Origin: Trichodesmium erythraeum IMS101
GTDB lineage: Bacteria; Cyanobacteriota; Cyanobacteriia; Cyanobacteriales; Microcoleaceae
Length of the DNA: 32,000 bases
Assembly: GCF_000014265.1 (NCBI RefSeq)
Contig: NC_008312.1
Location: 7,380,001-7,412,000 of the forward strand
Direction of reading: 5' to 3'
Positions within the stretch are counted from its first letter, which is position 1; each line of letters opens with the position of its first letter. Below the pieces are notes generated by a model. That model saw only the letters and a program-made list of their open reading frames with translations, did not search any database and was not told where the DNA came from. A program made the translations under genes and the position numbers. Positions 28,987-32,000 of the stretch are shown here, piece by piece.

Positions 28987-29628
28987 ATGGTACATATAGG
29001 GCAAGTAAGCTGTTGGCTATAATTCTTTGTTATAATCTACAAGCGTCAATAATTATCTGTATTGATGGTACTTGGATTTAAAAGATAACTCACTTACACT
29101 TAGACACCATAATGAGGATGGCTAATATAAGAAAAGATTAACTGTACAAATTTACTACTTTTGGGCTCGTAACTATAGTTGGATAGCAATAGAAAGCTAT
29201 TATTTATGTGTCTGGCATGATTGCTAATAACAAGCTATCTCTTTAGCAGGATTTATAATATTATATTCCCAAGAGATATAAACTAACTACAAATCTAATC
29301 AAAACCCTAGAAATTGAAAATATAGTTACCCTAATTAGGTGGCAGTAATCTCATTCTTTAGCTATAGCTTGGTATCAATTCAAGACAGATAAGGGCTCTA
29401 TAGATAGGGATTTATTAAAAATTAACCTCCATAATAGCTCGGGTTCTCAAAGAAGCCTTAAATTTAGTTGGTAATGACGAGAAAAAGTAAAGGCAAAATT
29501 TATGAAAGTTTACTTCTACATTATTATTATGTAGATATGACTAAGCTGAAATATTTGACTATGAAATACTCTAATGGCAAAAATGAGAGTGCAATATCTA
29601 AAAATTTGTCTAGGAGCCAAGATATAGC

Positions 29629-31290
29629 ATGAGTTTGGGAGATAGGAAACTGAAATTGCTGGTTGTTGATGACGAACCAGATAATTTAGATTTGTTGTAC
29701 AGGACGTTTAGGCGAGATTTTAAAGTATATAAGGCAGATAGTGCCTTCACTGCAATGGATGTTTTAAAAGCGGAAGGAGAAATGGCACTTATTATCTCTG
29801 ACCAAAGAATGCCAGAAATGAATGGTACAGAGTTTTTAGGGAGAACCTTTGAAATATTTCCAGATACAGTGAGAATTCTACTTACAGGCTATACAGATGT
29901 AGAAGATTTAGTAGAAGCAATTAACTCAGGCAAAGTATTTAAGTATATCACAAAACCATGGACTCCAGAAGAACTAAAATTAGTAGTTCAACAAGCTTCA
30001 GAAACCTACAAAGTGCTGAAGCAAAGAACTAAGACTTTGACTCTGGCTCTGCGACGAGAATCTATTTTGAATGAGGTAATGAGTGTGATTAGAGAATCAT
30101 TGGATTACTCTGATATGTTATCGACAATAGTTAAAACAGTAGGACAAACTTTTACAGCAACAGAAGGAATCTTATGGCCAGTAGCAGGCGATCGCTTAAT
30201 ATCTAAGCCTGTTTCTTATCAAAGCTCTGAAAATACCGAGAAAAACTTTCCCATCACTGAAGAATTGTTATTGCAAGTAGTAAAAAGTCGTCAAACCTAC
30301 TTTGAAGAAGGTTCAAATAAAAATAGTTGCAAATTAATAGTCCCTCTGATTTACCAGCAAGATTTACTGGCAGTTTTAGCCCTTAATCAACAAAACAGTA
30401 GTAATTTCTGGTCTGATGAAGATATAAAGTTTATAGAAAGTGTGTTAGAGCAAGGAGCTTTAGCATTGTCCCAAGCTAAACTATATCAGCGTACTAGGGA
30501 ATTGGCTGAACAAATGCGTAATGAGCTAGAAGTAGCTCGTCAAATACAAAGCAACTTATTGCGTCAAAGTTGGCCAGATTTTGATAAGTTCAGGATACAG
30601 GCTTGTTGCTATCCAGCTAGAGAAGTAGGAGGTGATTTTTTTGAAGTTTATACTCACCCTCAAGGGGAAATATGGTTAGCATTGGGAGATGTTTCGGGTA
30701 AGGGAGTACCTGCTGCGTTATTCATGGCTAGTGCTATTTCTTTGATGCGACGAGAACTTTCTCAAGAAAATTCCCCAGAACCCTACGAAGTTATGCACAA
30801 TCTTAACAGTAGTCTTTCAGACGATCTGATTAGCAGTAATTGCTTCATTACAATGGTTTTGGCTCGTTATACACCAGAAAATGGCTCATTAGCCTATGCT
30901 AATGCTGGCCATATATATCCCTTGGTATGGTCTAAAAACCCATTGGTAAATACTGGAAACAAAGGTTCTGAGCAAGTACCAAATTTCCTTAAAGATCGTG
31001 GTATTCCTTTAGGAATATTGCCAATATGGAGAGGCAAAGCAGGTACTATAGAGTTAGATTCAGGAGATGTATTCCTTTTGACTAGTGATGGCATCACTGA
31101 AGCTACGGTAGTTCAAAAGGCTACTGATAGTGGGGAAGTAAGTCGTGTAATGTTGCAACAAGAAGGTTTATGGAAACTTCTCAAGGAACATAAAAGCCAA
31201 CTAGACCTGAATAGTTTATTGGCTTATATCCGAACTGATAATCAGGTTCAGGAAGATGACCAAACTATACTATCTCTGGAGGTTCTGTGA
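29629..31290 (+). CDS. Response regulator with REC, GAF-like and PP2C/SpoIIE phosphatase domains (RsbU-like)
   Basis: 553-aa ORF. The REC domain has KLLVVDDEPDNL, ISDQRMPEMNG and KYITKPW. The central region is GAF-like. The C-terminal PP2C domain has GGDFFEV, ALGDVSGKGVPAALFMA, ANAGH and LTSDGITEA. Confidence 0.88.
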   Translation: MSLGDRKLKLLVVDDEPDNLDLLYRTFRRDFKVYKADSAFTAMDVLKAEGEMALIISDQRMPEMNGTEFLGRTFEIFPDTVRILLTGYTDVEDLVEAINSGKVFKYITKPWTPEELKLVVQQASETYKVLKQRTKTLTLALRRESILNEVMSVIRESLDYSDMLSTIVKTVGQTFTATEGILWPVAGDRLISKPVSYQSSENTEKNFPITEELLLQVVKSRQTYFEEGSNKNSCKLIVPLIYQQDLLAVLALNQQNSSNFWSDEDIKFIESVLEQGALALSQAKLYQRTRELAEQMRNELEVARQIQSNLLRQSWPDFDKFRIQACCYPAREVGGDFFEVYTHPQGEIWLALGDVSGKGVPAALFMASAISLMRRELSQENSPEPYEVMHNLNSSLSDDLISSNCFITMVLARYTPENGSLAYANAGHIYPLVWSKNPLVNTGNKGSEQVPNFLKDRGIPLGILPIWRGKAGTIELDSGDVFLLTSDGITEATVVQKATDSGEVSRVMLQQEGLWKLLKEHKSQLDLNSLLAYIRTDNQVQEDDQTILSLEVL

Positions 31291-31294
31291 ATTT

Positions 31295-31717
31295 ATGAAA
31301 ACTGAGCTTCAGGTGCCAAGTGATATAAATTTTTTGACTATTGTTGAAAATTGGTTATTAAGTAGTTTAGAAATAGAGCTAGGAAAACATATTGATTGGC
31401 CTCGTCAATCTAACCGTTTGCGTTTAGTATTGGCGGAGGCTTATTCCAATGTGATTCGTCATGCTCATAAAGACAAGCCACACTTACCTGTACTAATACG
31501 CTTAGAAATAAAAAACAATGATATTGCTTTAGAAATTTGGGACTATGGTCAAGGTTACCATACAGAGGATTATAACCCACCCACACCAGATGCTAAACAA
31601 GAAAGTGGTTATGGATGGTTAATTATGAATAGACTCATGGATAATGTAGAATATAGATTGCAAATAGATGGTAGAAACTGTTTAAAGTTGGAGGCAAGCA
31701 TACCAGAAGACATTTAA
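31295..31717 (+). CDS. Anti-sigma-factor-type Ser/Thr kinase (RsbW/SpoIIAB-like HATPase_c)
   Basis: ATG 31295 lies 5 nt after the upstream stop, with ggagg at 31279-31283. The track ORF starting at 31256 overlaps the upstream gene and is probably too long. The N-box is EAYSNVIRHAH, G1 is IWDYGQGY and G2 is SGYGWLIMNRLMD. Confidence 0.8.
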   Translation: MKTELQVPSDINFLTIVENWLLSSLEIELGKHIDWPRQSNRLRLVLAEAYSNVIRHAHKDKPHLPVLIRLEIKNNDIALEIWDYGQGYHTEDYNPPTPDAKQESGYGWLIMNRLMDNVEYRLQIDGRNCLKLEASIPEDI

Positions 31718-31907
31718 TAGGAGATTGGCCTGAAGTTTTAAAAATCTCTTGTAAGTGGAAAACTATCTCACTCAATGTAAGGGCTTCAGCCATTTATCTA
31801 AACATAGATTCCGATTTATAAATTCTCTATAAAATCTACCAGGGCAGATGTTTAAAGTCGAAAGAGTTAATGAAAATAATTGTATCCCCAATGTACACAT
31901 AGTTTTA

Positions 31908-32000
31908 CTAGTGCAGGATGGCAGAAATAAGTGACCAGTAGAAGCGATGTATTCTTCCTGAGATAGAATACTCAGAAGTGTGATCGCCCTCGTAAAATAA
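31908..32000 (+). mobile_element. Left end of a second copy of the IS630-family element (runs off window)
   Basis: ctagtgcaggatggcagaaataagtgaccagtagaagcgatgtattcttcctgagatagaatactcagaagtgtgatcgccctcgtaaaataa is near-identical to 19565-19657. The similarity extends past the TIR (…ctcataaaataa). Confidence 0.85.

Noticed and set aside
29163-29230. tRNA-like start gggctcgtaactatagttggatagc, resembling an acceptor plus D-arm
   Set aside because: The following hairpin has a 4-nt loop rather than a 7-nt anticodon loop. There is no T-arm (GTTCRANYC) or matching 3' acceptor strand, so this is not a tRNA gene.

Overview
AT-rich cyanobacterial chromosomal segment that looks Nostocales-like: it carries nine perfect HIP1 octamers (GCGATCGC), ndhH, and typical cyanobacterial gene families. 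Intact housekeeping genes are a RumA/RlmD-type rRNA U5-methyltransferase, a DUF1232 protein, alaS, a P-type cation ATPase, an NDUFAF7/MidA-type methyltransferase, an ICMT/MddA-like membrane methyltransferase, ndhH, rsmH, and a REC-GAF-PP2C response regulator with an RsbW-like kinase. These alternate with an unusually heavy load of decayed genes and mobile DNA. That load comprises a group II intron running off the left edge, an RTX-repeat pseudogene, IS5-type and TnpB relics, a full-length but multiply disrupted TnpB gene abutting alaS, and a decayed PLD-type restriction endonuclease next to an intact m5C methyltransferase. It also includes an IS630-like element with 80-bp terminal inverted repeats (a second copy starts at the right edge), a MITE family, and a heavily eroded Ser/Thr-kinase-GUN4 gene. 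I found no rRNA, tRNA or CRISPR array. Four observations are most worth following up. First, a sensor-less HTH-NB-ARC (STAND) ATPase sits divergent from a DUF697-like gene that carries one in-frame stop, with operator-like repeats between them. Second, the restriction-modification pair has been orphaned, keeping only the methyltransferase. Third, a roughly 125-bp dispersed repeat family brackets ndhH in direct orientation. Fourth, the TnpB relic occupies the space where the alaS promoter should be. I see no compelling complete novel multi-gene system. All homology calls rest on motif recognition by eye, not database searches.
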